From the NCBI GenBank assembly GCA_040285855.1, contig JAUFOQ010000006.1:1674001-1738000 (forward strand): 64,000 nt of DNA. The letters are read 5' to 3'. A program made the translations under genes and the position numbers. This DNA comes from Eukaryota sp. GEM-RC1. Its lineage: Eukaryota. Below the pieces are notes generated by a model. That model was not told where the DNA came from, made no database searches, and worked only from the letters and a program-made list of their open reading frames with translations. Below are positions 36,770-49,800 of this stretch, piece by piece (within the stretch, counting starts at the first letter, position 1; every line of letters starts with the position of its first letter).

Positions 36770-37882
36770 TTATGGAATATAGACTCGCTTTAAGTCACGT
36801 TCTCTAAACTCCTCATTTGTTATAGGATCAATCACAAAGTTTCCCTTGTGAATCAATGCTTCTGGAGATAGGACATTACCATTGGGAAGAGCAACAGCGT
36901 CTGAGTTTGAGAAATCAGCACCAGTCACTGGACAACGCAACACAGTGACTGTTCTCAAGGCTGATGGTACTTCAGATCGTCGTCTTGATTCAGCAAGAGG
37001 TCCTTTACATGTAGGACATCCAAATACACAATCTCCTTCTTTTCCAGTACAGAAAGGAGTGGCCAGAGCAGCAAGACCTGTGCGAACAACAGTTTCTAAT
37101 AGAGTTTGGTTACATCCCAGTCGGAAAAAGGACAAAACTTCACGAGTGATTAGCTCTATTATTTGATCACGTTGCTGTTGAAGGAGAGAGTCTAATTGAG
37201 TAGGAGTCTTTGCGAAAAGAAAACAACGACCAATAAGTTTGGAACATTCTAATCGAAGAGTGTCGTTATTAAGATCTTTGGTATTTGAGTTGAAGGTGAG
37301 GATAGATTTAGACCAATTGCCAGACTTTGCGAGTAGACAGGAGTCAAAAGTAAATATTTTAAATTTTAGAAAATCAACTGATGAACTTGCTGGAACGTTT
37401 AGTATCCACTCTGTTGCTGAAGAAGTATTAGAGTTTTTCAAGTCCAATGATATAGCAGAAATGATCTCAAAAGGTCGAGTGATACATTGAACAAGAGAAG
37501 TAGAAGGTAAGGATTGTAGAAATAGAGTTGCTGTTGTAGAATAACCACGACGAACCAGGTATTCATAGATAAGACGGTCAATGCGTGATGAGTTAGTGGC
37601 AGAAGCGGTGTATGGAGAAGCTTGGAGTTGGGAAAGTGTGGAATCTGAGAGGAGAGAGGAGAATGTGGATGATAGAGGATCTTCTTCCTGTGTTATATCT
37701 GTAATTTGTAAGGCAATGTTGTGAAGATCCGAGCAAAACTTGGGTATTGAATCAGTTGAATTTGGCTTGTTGGAAAGCAGAGAATCAAGAGAGCAATGAA
37801 CTGAGCGTCGTTTGACGCCTGAGCAGACTAGATTATGACATGTTGACGTAAATAGGGGATAATCGACAGGAGAAATAGACAT
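36770..37882 (-). CDS. MAEA: CTLH/GID complex E3 subunit, MAEA/Fyv10-like
   Basis: LisH 'IDRLIYEYLVRRGY..TA', 'GLAALATPFC', 'CPTC', degenerate RING 'LRCPVTG...LPNGNV...DPIT...RVYI'. Confidence 0.82.
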   Translation of the reverse strand: MSISPVDYPLFTSTCHNLVCSGVKRRSVHCSLDSLLSNKPNSTDSIPKFCSDLHNIALQITDITQEEDPLSSTFSSLLSDSTLSQLQASPYTASATNSSRIDRLIYEYLVRRGYSTTATLFLQSLPSTSLVQCITRPFEIISAISLDLKNSNTSSATEWILNVPASSSVDFLKFKIFTFDSCLLAKSGNWSKSILTFNSNTKDLNNDTLRLECSKLIGRCFLFAKTPTQLDSLLQQQRDQIIELITREVLSFFRLGCNQTLLETVVRTGLAALATPFCTGKEGDCVFGCPTCKGPLAESRRRSEVPSALRTVTVLRCPVTGADFSNSDAVALPNGNVLSPEALIHKGNFVIDPITNEEFRERDLKRVYIP

Positions 37883-37957
37883 TGAAAGTGAACCGACAGA
37901 ATTCCTCAGAATGCTATCGGATTTCAGTGCATTGGATTTTCCATCTCCTGCGACCCT

Positions 37958-38629
37958 TGGAGTGGGAGTGGGAGCTTCAGTAGCAATAACAATTATTGGG
38001 AGTGGGAGTGGGAGCTCTTTCTTGAAAGGAGGAAGCTCCCAAAAACTCCCATTTCCCAGAAAACAGCCAATTTTAACATAATTTTTTCAAGATACAGAAT
38101 GTATTTTAGTTACAAATCGAAAGATAAAATATATGGGTGACAATATTAAATTCAAGGACAAATTCACCAACATAAATCACCAAAGTATTAATTCCCATTA
38201 AATTTTATTGAATCATTGTGTACATGTTAACTGTAGTGTTGTTGTCAATAAAAACTGGCTATTGGAAAAAAATTGTGTACATGTTGGTTAAAGACGTTTG
38301 AGATCCCATTAAAGATAATTATGAGTAAAAATGTTTACTCTTACGACTTAAGACGCTTTTTGAGTGTCTATTATAATGGGATGATTTGTTAGAATCCAGT
38401 TTCAAAGACCCGAAGATGACACTGGTCAGATACTAAACAATGTATATAAACAATGATTCCAATATAATGAACACGTGTTGGATGTTAGAGCAAACTGGAA
38501 GGTGGGAGTTGGGAGACTTTTGTGGGAGTGAGAGTGGAAGACACAGCTATTTTTGACATGAGATGGGAGTGGTAGTGGGAGAACATGTGTTGGGAGTGTG
38601 AGAAGCTCCATCTCCCATTGACAGCCCTA
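37958..38629. mobile_element. Degenerate hAT-like MITE with GGGAGT repeats (left TIR lost)
   Basis: Right end reads TAGGGCTGTCAATGGGAG in reverse complement; GGGAGT(G) arrays at both ends; no TSD found. Confidence 0.6.
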
Positions 38630-38718
38630 ATTTTATATGAAAAGCACAGATTGGTGAACAGAACATTCAAATCCCTTTTTTTCCACACGTATGGAGAATC
38701 TTTTTCCACTTACAACAG

Positions 38719-39181
38719 ATGCCTGAAGTAAGAAAGAGAAGAGCTTTCAGACGCTATACCTTCAGAGGGGTTGATATCGATAAACTTATCGATATGCCAA
38801 CAACCGACTTCATCGAACTCCTAGATTCTCGCGGTCGCCGTAAGATGCTTCGCGGAATTGGCAGAAAGGAAAAGACTTTGATAGAGAAGCTCGTCAAGGC
38901 CAAGAAAGCCTGTACTGAGCCTGGACAAAAGCCCGATGTTGTCAAGACTCACCTAAGAAACATGATCATCTTACCCTCGATGGTCGGATCCGTTGTTGGT
39001 GTTTATAACGGCAAAGTCTTCAATGCCGTAGAAGTCCGTCCTGACATGATTGGTCACTATCTTGGTGAATTCAGTATCTCCTACAAACCCGTTCGCCACG
39101 GAAAGCCCGGTGTCGGTGCCACTAACTCTTCCAAATTTGTCTCTCTTGTATGTTACTTTGCTCGTCTCACTCTAGAAATAG
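38719..39181 (+). CDS. RPS15: 40S ribosomal protein S15 (uS19); 28-nt intron 39148-39175; final exon AAA TAG
   Basis: '[10 protein letters not shown]', '[16 protein letters not shown]', '[16 protein letters not shown]'. Splicing gives the canonical ending 'SSKFVSLK*'. Confidence 0.95.
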
Positions 39182-39841
39182 TTCCTGTTCAATGTTATTT
39201 CTATACATTTTTGTTTAGTACTTGGTCTGATATTCTATCCCAATGCCTTTCAGCTATAGATTATATAAGAAATAAAGCCATTGGACATATTATTTTAATG
39301 ATTTATTGTAGATCCAATAGATTGTCACTCATTTATGTTTTGATAGGGACAACTGCAATTGTATGGAGTCGATTTTTTCATATTCTTGTATCTACTTCAA
39401 GAATACGATGGTTCATCGTTGTCCTCAGTTTTAAAATACTGGATTACACGACGCTCACAGGCAGTTTAAGATGCAATTTGTTTATGAATCGACATTAAAT
39501 ATACAATTCAATACCACTGTGAACATGTGTGTTAAATTTATAAAGTTCAGTACTTTCATGGAACAAAAACAATAAGATAAGATAAGTACAAAAACTGTAG
39601 AACTCAATATCATTAAAGCAACATTCATCGTCCTTAAATCTCACGTCAGCTTTTTCTTCATAGAAAATATAGAGAGCTATTAGAGCTTCCGAAATCATAC
39701 TGCAGAATTGTTTTAAATATTGAAAAGACAATACGATTCAGCCAATACTTAAAAACAAATTTCTTGTTCATTCTGTTTTTGACAACTTTCTCAAAATCAG
39801 AGAGAAAACAAAGAGCATATATTACAAAGTCGACAATAAAT

Positions 39842-40150
39842 CAGTGAACGCTAACCCGTTCAAAAATCGAATCTAACACCTGTTAATACGTGTTAGGCCG
39901 TGTTACGTGTTTGCGTGTCAAGAATTTTTCTTGATTTTTGGTTCAACGATGAACAGCTCGTTTCTACTAACTATTTACCCCTACGATACTCTACATCCCT
40001 GTAAAGCACTTCTAAAACGGCGTCTTTCATTCTTTTAGCAGCAAAATGCATCTTCACATCATATTAAGCGTAATTTGTGTGTTAAAAATCAGTAAAATTG
40101 TTAACACGTGTTAACACGTGTCAAGCCATATTACGGGTTAGTATTCACTG
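39842..40150. mobile_element. hAT MITE, 309 bp
   Basis: TIR CAGTGAA(C/T)(G/A)CTAACCCGT; perfect TSD CAATAAAT; ACACGTGTT repeats. Confidence 0.9.
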
Positions 40151-40309
40151 CAATAAATTGAGATTGCAAAAAGACGTAATTTGTACTCAACATGTCTAGT
40201 AATGAGAGCATACCTAGAAAATACACGAACACATTTCCAAATAGAGATATAAATACAAAAATACAGATACAGATACAGATACAAAGACATTATTAGTCAC
40301 AAGATTCAC

Positions 40310-41700
40310 TGTTGACGTGGCATTGTACTTCTGATTGTTGTTAGACAAGTTTGTATTTCATAAACACAGTTAATCACATGTATTCCAAATTTGTGTTCCA
40401 ACCTTTTGCTGTTTCGCTTTTTGGATCGATTAGTCTTGCTGGTGAACAATTTTACAAGGATTTTGAAGAACTTTTTAAAGAAAAAAAGCGTAAGTTTCGA
40501 CCGTCTGAGTGGAAAAAGCGTATTGTGTTTTCCTTTTATATGAATACGCATTTATATTTCTCTCGATTAGTTAAACGAAGGTTGGTACAGCCCTGAAGTC
40601 CTTATATTTTATTTATAAACATCATTTAGTTCCCGTTCTACCCCAAGGTATCACATATATAACTATTTTTTCGTCAGTTAATGGCTAAGGATGTAAATTA
40701 CTTCAAAACTGAGTTATCATCATTGTGACTGTTATTCGAAAAACTTCTATTCCCTTTATAATGAGGTTTCCTTCCTTCTTTAAGATATTCTTTGGTACAC
40801 CGGAAGGAGATGTTGCTTTAACATCAGAGAGATGAGTGGAAAGAACATACATACATTGAGGAATTAGGGAAAAACAAATGCTATTGTGTGTGTTCATCTA
40901 AAAATATCGAGTTGGATACAAATCTGATGTCTTTTGATCCTTGGAAGCAATTTTGTGGACACTGTTTATTATTGCAGTAGACTGATGGGAGCTTCTTAGT
41001 CAGTTTCAATTGAAGGATTTGAAGAAAATACACAAAATACAGAATACACTATACAAATCAATGTTAGGATACAAAATTTGATTACAAATACAGATACAAA
41101 TACTTTGACTGTAAATATTGATTGAGTTTAGCAACATCTGTGGACCAAAAATCAATTTTACGTTTTCGACTGTTTCTAGGTTTTTGAAGATAAGCTGTTA
41201 ATATAAGTTTGAGTACATGGATCTAATGTTGTGATCTCAAGGATAACTTTGCTAGAATCAATAAAAGGATTCTGTAAGTCGCCTCGACGAGAATTATTAA
41301 TTAAATCAAGACCCAACTTACTGAATAAAGGTTCAACTTTGACATGAAATCCTTGAGCTTGAACATTTCAAAATGTAACATCTCTGACAGCATTATGAAG
41401 AACTGAACGAAATTGAATAAATTTGGGGCAATTAATTACATGTCTAAAATTTACAATGGGACGATGACTACGTACATATTAAGAATTGTCGAGCAATTCA
41501 AGAAACAAATCCAAACGTATGTACATATTTAATTTCCAAGCATCAGACAAATACAAACCAAAAGGACGTGGTTGTTGAGTGAAAGAAGTTGAATTCTTAA
41601 TATCATTTAAAAAATCCGTAAAAACGGGATTACTAATTTTAGTAAACTCAAAGTACAATAATTCGAACAACTACCGTATATGTAAGAACTAAATGCCTAT
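40310..41700. mobile_element. RLE-domain fragments of the CRE-like element (plus 40310-40596; minus about 41110-41700)
   Basis: 'KFVFQPFAVSLFGSI...WKKRIVFS'; minus-strand 'FRSVLHNAVRDVTF...KVEPLF...SRRGDL...VDP'. Confidence 0.7.
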
Positions 41701-42063
41701 AATGACCTCTACATTGTAGTATCGGAGTTTGAGCACCTTCCCGACCTACTGAGCAGTCTATAGAAAAGATACGTAACCAAAAACGGATGAATTCAATTTT
41801 TTTTATATATATTACAAAACCCCTAATTCCTAAAGAAATTAGAATATTACATATTTGATACACATCACCACCAATAATATGAATGCCCAAAAAAAGTAAA
41901 ATGGATAGAACACATCCACAAAAACAAACAAGTCTAAAGATCAAACATGATTTTCTAACTCCGACGCTTCATACGGAAAAACCTACCGGGAACCATCAAA
42001 TGGAAAACAGAGTGTGTTCCAAACGACAACAATCCTCACCAAAGTAAGAAGTAACAAGACTGT

Positions 42064-42390
42064 TTAATACCGAACTGGGTGGAAAGGTAAAAAGACAATT
42101 TCATAGACGATGCGTAGAACAAAGCCCCCAAGACTTATTGCAATAGTGATGAGTGCTAAGGTGGCTTCCACAGTGCGATATGCCTCATTCGCATAGATGT
42201 ATCCAAGGATGCAGATGTAGAAAGAAGCAATGTGCAAGAAGAGTATAGACACTCTCCATGACGGAGGAATTCCCCCACCATATCCCGCAAAAAAGTCAAT
42301 AACTGCAAGAGCTAGAAGAAGGAGGGCCAAGAAGAAGGAAAGAATGACCCAGTGTTGTTTTGGGCCATATACGACAGCAACTGGTGGCAT
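42064..42390 (-). CDS. Small three-TM hypothetical membrane protein, 108 aa
   Basis: Clean ATG-TAA ORF, GC-richer than its flanks, with three hydrophobic segments. Confidence 0.65.
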   Translation of the reverse strand: MPPVAVVYGPKQHWVILSFFLALLLLALAVIDFFAGYGGGIPPSWRVSILFLHIASFYICILGYIYANEAYRTVEATLALITIAISLGGFVLRIVYEIVFLPFHPVRY

Positions 42391-42559
42391 TCAAACAATG
42401 CGCACAACAGTCAGAGTTGTTTTGTGAAGTTCAGTAACACCAATTTGAAAACACCTCCTACAAAAGAAAGGGCTAAATTGATTACAAATGAAGCAAACCA
42501 ACGCCACTAATCTTAGGATATTCCAAAATAGTCATTTTTCAATTCAGTTTAGTAGAAAT

Positions 42560-43274
42560 TAAATGTTTTGGATCGCTCTTGTTGACAGTAAAAAGTATTT
42601 AATTTATTACACATTTCTTTTCTGAATTGCTAGCTAATACTATGTGTTGTTGTGAAAAGAGACCAAAAGCTGACTTCAGACACATTGTTAGTTGCAAAAA
42701 TTTCTTCAGTTTAGATCGATATTACACAATGCTGTTCGTGACGTTACGTATGAAATGTTTAAATGTCATGGGTTTAATGGGAAAATCGAACCTCTTCTTA
42801 AGCATTATAATGATGATAATATTCCCAATTCTCGACGAGGTGATCTCATTGTTCCATATCTTGATTCTTGTCAAGCTGTGATAGATTTTACTACTGTTGA
42901 TCCATGTGCTAAAGTATATTTGAATTCAGTTTCGAGTGATACTGAAAATCATTTATCCAAAGCTGAAAAAAGAAAAATTAGTACATATTCTGACACAATG
43001 ATCAAACTGAATTCCAATTTGTATTCTTCTTTTAAGTTCATTCCTTTTGCTATTTCATCTTGGTAATATTGGAATTGCTGCTGAAAATTTCTTTGATGCC
43101 TTTTCAAAGTTGTGTCGTGACCATAGGAAAAATTTTAATCAGTCTCTTTGGCGCAATCGCACTGTTTTTTCCTTATATAGAAGTTTCCCAAAGTATTTGA
43201 ATCGTATTCTGGACAAATTGTATCGTTGTAGTTCAAGAGTAGATGTGGATCATTTAATATCTTTTAAGTACTAG
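42560..43274 (+). mobile_element. Best-preserved CCHC + restriction-like endonuclease region of a CRE/NeSL-type non-LTR retrotransposon
   Basis: 'C.C......RHIVSC', 'LHNAVRD', 'RRGD...IDFT.VDP', 'AEKRK..Y', 'FIPFAIS..G.IG'; frameshifted. Confidence 0.82.
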
Positions 43275-43361
43275 TTGTTTGTATTTCGTTAATTTATAAC
43301 ATAAAACCTAATTATTTCCTTTCCACAAAATTAAATAATTCAAAAATACAATTATAATATT

Positions 43362-45136
43362 CTACAATTTTCGAAGACCCAAGAATCCTTCCGCTCCTTC
43401 TTCCCCTTGATAAGAAATGGCCAATCGAGCACGCGCTGGCAACACCAAAAAGTCAATACAAGTCAATCCCGTCACGTTCCCAACAGAATGCTGTCCAGCA
43501 GAAGCCAAACGTCCAGACGAATGATGCAAAACATACGACGACGAATTAATAGCCGACAGAACAGGTTCCCCGTTAACTAACAGCTGTACAGTGGGTTTCT
43601 TATTAGCAAAGAACCCGAACGTGATCTCATAAAGCCCAGGCAGAGCCGCACATATGGTGACTTTATCTTTCTCCCATCTAAATACATCGGGATCAGTGTT
43701 GATTAACTGAACATTCCAAGGAATTCCGTGTCCAGACTTTGTTTTTCCACTCTTCCAGACCCACCTTCCAAGGCAGAGTTCGTGGACTAGAGATTCGGAG
43801 ATGGTGGAAGTCTTGGTTTTGAGTTCAGAGAATTCTGTGAGAGGAGCTTTGCTGTTTAAATCCTTGGAAAACTTGTGAAGAGCAGAGTTGACATCATCAA
43901 TATCTGAGATAAAATTTAAAATATCTAAAAAACATACTTGCCTTGAGATCCAAAAGAGCACAAATCTCATCAGTTGCCGCTTTTTGATTGATTTCTGATT
44001 GTAAATCACGAATCACAGCATTCTCGTCTTTGACAGACTCTTGAACTACAGAAAGTCGAGATTCTAAAGAATTTAAATCTCTAGATAATTGCTCCGACTC
44101 AGCAATTTTTAGTGATAATTGACTTTGGAGAGCATCGACAGAACTACTTAGAGAGTCAATCACAGCCGAATCAACCTTCTTTTCTGATAACGTGATACAA
44201 TCAGTTTTTAACCGGTCAATAATATCACACAGACTTTCTATTTCCGATCTGGCTGCCTTTAACGCATTATTCACATCTGAAGTATTAGCTTTACTAGACA
44301 ACAGAACTTCAGTTTCCCGTTGTTTTTGTTCAAACAACGAGACATCTGCCTTCTTAGTTAAAGCTCGAGCTGTGTTACTGTGAAGTGTTTCTATTTGATT
44401 CTGAAGTTTCCCCGCCAAATCTTCCATTGATGATTCTACAGCCTTCTTGGTTTCCAAGTTTGTCACAGAAATGTTGAGATTGAGTTTCATACTCATAACG
44501 TGGTAGGTAGCGTCGTTCTGCTGAGTCAGCAACACGTGTTTCCACGTCACCAAGAGATTTCAGTAGTTCTTTATGAGTTACGAGGTCAGCATCTGAGAGG
44601 TCTTGGAGTTTGGAGTAGACATCCCCTGTGAATTGTCTAAAGTCTTTTTGAGTACAGAATGAAGAGGAAACGTCAACAAGTCTAGTTTCAAAGTCCGATT
44701 TGCTGACTTTCTTGTGTAGGGCGTTGGCAACAGATACCTTGTTTGCCTTTTGAGAAAGAGCTTCGTTAACTTGGTCAATAGAAGCTTTATCAGAGAGGGA
44801 ATGAAGAAGTTCAGAATGTTGAAGAGCAGCTTTGTCACGGACAGAATCTATAGCAGAAGCATGTTCTTCGAGTAGAGTGTTGACGTCATCGACTGAGGGT
44901 TTGCTGTCAAGAGCCTTTTTGAAATCAAGATAAGATACTTTAGAAGCTAAAAGATCAGATACTTCACTGTAGGTAGGTCTGTTAGCAAGTTCGCTTTCAA
45001 GTCTAGTAATGGTCATTTGTTGTTGAGAGATCGCCGAATAGAAAGCGGCAAAGGTGTCACGAACGACATCTTGGATGTTCTTCCAATCACCTCTACCTGC
45101 AACCAGGTCTGCTTCAAGGATGTCTTTGAACAACAT
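43362..45136 (-). CDS. Coiled-coil repeat protein with a C-terminal C1q/TNF-like beta domain; 34-nt intron 43904-43937; one apparent extra base near 44455
   Basis: Repeated 'L..KA...DV...L' units; C-terminal 'GRWVWKSG...IPWNVQ..NT.P..F.WEKDK...PGLYEITFGF'. The intron restores 'LKAN|IDDVN'. Confidence 0.8.
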
Positions 45137-45180
45137 CAAGTTGGACTAGGAGATGATTCAATTTTCAATTCAGAACACAA

Positions 45181-46108
45181 ATGGGTGGACGTTCTTCTAC
45201 TCTTCAGAACAGTCATCTACTACCAGCTAATCAGAAACTAGTTGGACTTTCAAACCTAGCTAATTCTTGTTCTTTTGCATCTGTGTTACAAGCTCTTTTT
45301 CATCTTCCATGTTTCCAAAGAGGCCGTGTTGTCCCTACCACCTTCTTCTGATCCGTCTCTAGTAAATTCAATTCGTGAACTTTTTGCTTCTCTTGATGCT
45401 TTCCCCCGTAATGTTGGCTACATTGAACCCAGAGGTTTCATCTCAGCTCTACGGCAATGTGATCGTTATTCTGAACCAGAACAACAAGATGCACATGAGT
45501 TCTTCTCTTTTCTACTTCAACGTCTACCTGATTCTCTCACACATTTCTTTCAAGGAACAGCTAAATACGTTACCACGTGTTTGAACTGCAATCATAGCTA
45601 CACGTCATCACAGTCGTTTATTGACATTCCAATTGAAATGTCAGACAAGAATCTTTCCTTATCCGCAATTGTCAATGATATCTTTGTTCCAGAGTCAATG
45701 TCCAACGACGATGCTATTCATTGTTCTAATTGTAATCAGAGGGGTGAAGGGGAGAGAGTGTTTGCGTTGGAATCGTTACCACCCGTGTTGATTCTTCATC
45801 TTAAACGATTTCGATATCATTTTGAGGAGAAGACATTTACGAAAATATCTAAAAAAGTGAATATTCCATCAATGTTTAGCTTGCGTGATACGAAATTTTA
45901 TTTACACTCATGTATAATTCACGTAGGACAATTCTTCTTCCAGGGTCACTACATTGCCGTAATCAGACTGCCAAACTCATCACTATGGGCTGTATTTGAT
46001 GACGACAGGGTGGAAATCATTTTTGATTATCAATTAGAACGATATTTCGGTTCAATTGAGAATTGTCATGCCGTAGTGTACATGGCAATTTACCAACAAC
46101 ATCTGTGA
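45181..46108 (+). CDS. Ubiquitin-specific protease (C19, USP12/46-like), with two apparent extra bases
   Basis: MG start; Cys box 'GLSNLANSC' after removing one T near 45250; 'QQDAHEF', 'LHLKRF', His box 'IHVG....GHY', 'FDD'. Confidence 0.85.
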
Positions 46109-46146
46109 ATATTAAAAAAAATGAAAAGAATCAATTTGTTTTTTGC

Positions 46147-46743
46147 TTACTCAACTTTTGTTTCCAAGAATTCAATACCTGGAATCATCATCTTTTGCAT
46201 TACCACAACATATACCAACCCACATACTGATCCCACTCCAAATCCCACTACAACTTGAGTCGTGGAGTGGCAGTTAACATAAACACGTCCAACACCTACT
46301 ACAATGGCTGCAAAGTGAGCCCCAAAGGATAGAAACAGTTTGAACCAGAGAGTGTTGATGAAGGGGATAGAGAAGAAGGTGGGTAGATGGTTCTTACGGG
46401 GAGGTGAAGTTAAGATGTAGTAAGTTGAAAGAACAGCCCAAAACATCATGAATTGAGCATGGGAAGAAGGCAATCCAAAGTCAGTTTTGGGACATGGTAG
46501 AAGACCATCACTGACCAGAGGACGGGCTTGTTGAAGATAGTTTTTCAAGAGAATGTTGATTCCTTCGTTTACCCAGAAACCAATAAATCCACAAAGAGCA
46601 AAAGTTTCTTGGCGAATTACTGATAAATAGAACCACACTGAAAGGAGACCAATAGGAACAAGAGTACAGAAAGCTGCAAAGAAGGAAAAAATGTCTTCCT
46701 TGTCATAGAGAATATACGACAATGATAAGATGGACGGTTGCAT
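46147..46743 (-). CDS. DOLPP1: Dolichyldiphosphatase (PAP2 family)
   Basis: 'K..LQQARP', 'GLPSSHAQFM', 'GRVYVNCHSTTQV..G'. Confidence 0.88.
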   Translation of the reverse strand: MQPSILSLSYILYDKEDIFSFFAAFCTLVPIGLLSVWFYLSVIRQETFALCGFIGFWVNEGINILLKNYLQQARPLVSDGLLPCPKTDFGLPSSHAQFMMFWAVLSTYYILTSPPRKNHLPTFFSIPFINTLWFKLFLSFGAHFAAIVVGVGRVYVNCHSTTQVVVGFGVGSVCGLVYVVVMQKMMIPGIEFLETKVE

Positions 46744-46874
46744 TAGAATATATAGTAGTGTAGTGTACTACTAGTAGCAGTAGGATGCCAAGAAATAAGC
46801 CAGTTTTGTAGTTTCTGTGTGGAAACTTGAAACTCAAAACTCAACACTTTCTCCTTTCTCTTCTGGAATGAGGA

Positions 46875-49800
46875 ATGCTTCTTCCACTACAACAAGCCAT
46901 AGAGCTGAGACATCTGTGTCAGCATTTATATCTTTCTGCCTTTAAACAAGAATGTGAGTCTCCCACCGCATCACCTCTCCGGTTTGACTCCTTAGCATCT
47001 CTATCATCTGCATTTAATCGCGGTAGATCTCCCTCAATTGTTCCTTCTGCGTACTCCAAAGCTTCACTAGGCCGATATTCATCCTCTCTTTCTCTAGACA
47101 TACCTCTATCACACTCATCCACCAACATCATCTCTTCTGCTCTTCCCAATTCCCCTCTTGCATCCACCCCAGTTCCCCCAATCATCCCGTCTCTCTCCAC
47201 CAGTACTTCTTCTGCCGGACTAACCCGCTTTTCCAGACGCCGAGACCGCACCAGATCTTCTCCTTCCACTGTTCTCGATCAATTCACCGAGTTAGCCTCT
47301 TTCTCTGCCTTCTCAGTTGTAGCACGCATCGCTGGACATTTGGTATCATCTCAAGATGACTTTGATAATGATAATGCTGGGTCACCGTTTGAGTTTTCCC
47401 CAGCAACCAGTTCAGAAGAGTTTGATTCATCACGAACAGTGATTGATCTGAGACCAATATTTGATTTGAAATTTGATGAGAATTTCCATTTACCAGACAT
47501 CTTCTTTCCTGCGTTTGATCAATTCGTTTTGTTATTGGAACAAATAGATTCTTCCGATGTTGACCCGACAGAATTATTTCTTTTTCTAAATGTTTGTGTA
47601 GACGTCATCATTAGATTGCTATTCTTCTCTTACTTAGGGAAAATCGACTCGAGTCTATTTTTGGATTTTTTGTACTATTTTAAAATTTTAATGGAATTAG
47701 ATCACGCCTTGATCTCAGTAGTAAGCCGATTCTGTTGGGTTTTTCTTGCTGACGATACCAATGTTGTTCTAAAGTCTATCTGTCTGTTGTTGTTGTATGG
47801 TTTCAAGCAAACCTATGAACTTGAATGTTTTTCTGTTCTAGGAAGTTATGATTACGGGGAATCAAATTTGATTAATCTTCTTTTGATTCAACTTTTACAG
47901 AATGATTGTCAATTGGACAAAGTTGTCACTAAGTCTTTTGTTAACTTTTTGTGTAGCAATTTACTTGAAAAGATGAGAGTTCAACTCAATATGATCGGAT
48001 ATTTGCTTTTCTGGGACTCAATTTCAGTGAGACTATTCTGAACACTTTGGCTTTTATTGAGGGACAACTTTCATCAACAAATTTTAAATATTCTAGTTTC
48101 TCGTTGGTTGACCTGTTTGAGTTCGTTTTCGGTAAAAATCTCGTTAATTTAAAGCATTTTCCAGAGTCCAGACATTTGTTTTTGGACAACCTTCCCTCTC
48201 TCTCTTCTTTTTTTCACTCCAAACTCCAAAAGTCGTTCAATGCTAGTCAAAATATTTTCTGAATTAGTAATGATGGTAATCAAGGGTTCTGTTTTTAAAC
48301 CCACGCATACTCCTCTGTATATCAAACTTATTACTTTCTTTACTTATCTTTCATCACGTTCTGGGCCAAGTTCTTCGCTTTTCACAAGTCTGAGTCTTTC
48401 TGGTCTTATTAATGTATTTGCTTGTTCTATTTACAAGGTTCAATCTTCTCCAGCCTTGTCAGCTTCCTTCTCTTCAATTGATTCGTTAGATTCATCGGTG
48501 ATTTCCTTTAATGAATTGTCTTTTGACTCGGATTCTTCTGGAGATATTCCGTTTACTCCACCGAGTAGCCCGCCCAAATTTATTAAAAAATTAAATATTG
48601 GGGAGTTGGAACCAGATACTGGTGATAATCTCACTATATCGAATAGAGACAAATCTAAATTTTCAAAGATGTCACCAGTTTTCGACTTCTTTTTACCTCC
48701 TGATCTAACTACTTCTTCTTTAGTTCTTCTCTCAACATTATCCTTCAACTATGACTTTATTCAACTTAAAACGAGACTTGAAGATTTTATTTCTTGTATT
48801 CTTCATTTACCACCAGAGTATAAATGTTCATTTTTTAAACAAGTGACACTGTTTAGTGACTCAAATTCCAAATTATTCACATTTTTAAAATTTCTATCTA
48901 ACAACTATCCCTTCCGGTACTCAACATCTCGTTTAACTTCTGAAAACTCTGGTTCCTTCGGAGTTGTTTCCCACGTATTCTCTCCTCTACTGCCTTTCCC
49001 ATGTGTGATCAAGGAAGTTTCCTTTTCTAACAATCGTTGGAAGACACTTGCCAGTTTCAGTGAGGAAGTATATATCCAAAAGTTCGTTAATTCTAAGAGA
49101 AAGATTGCTCCTGAGATTTTGGAGTTTGGAATTCACAAGAATTCTGCTTGGGTTTTGATGGAGAAGGGATTGTCTGTTACTGAATTTAAACGTTGCCTGT
49201 TTGAATATTTGAGTCTGCCAAAGTCAATTGATTTGTCGCATATTTTGTCGAATTCAACTTTTCAATATGAGTTTTATTTGTTTTTTCAAAACTTGCAGCT
49301 AATTTCGTTTATTTAACTTCTACTGAACTCGGGGTAGCTCATTCTGACCTAAAGTTATCAAATATCGTCATCAAACAATCAACGGAAACTTGTACCTCAT
49401 CACAGTCTATTTTTGTCCCCTATAACGTGTTGTTGATTGATTTTGGAGAAGCAATCATTTCTGACCGGTCGTCCTCAAAGAAGAGATCAATGATTAGTGA
49501 CCGTGAACGTGGAACTCAATACATCAAACCTCCGGAAATCCTCAACAACACCAAACTAGCTCAAAAACACGTGGAATTTTGGGCGTCTGAAGTCTGGGCT
49601 TTTGGTATCGCAATGCTAGAGTTTTTGATATCTAAACCACCTGATCTGAGTCAAATTGACCTATCTATTACTGATTTCTTTACAAAACTACTCCCTTCAA
49701 AGACCCCTGTGTTTTATATTGAGATGTTGAGGTTTGTCTTAGTTGCAGATCCTCTTAAAAGACCGCACCCGTTGATGGTAATGGAATATTTTGAAAATTT

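Noticed and set aside
39182..39498. C-terminally extended 259-aa RPS15
   Set aside because: A 28-nt intron restores the canonical short C-terminus.
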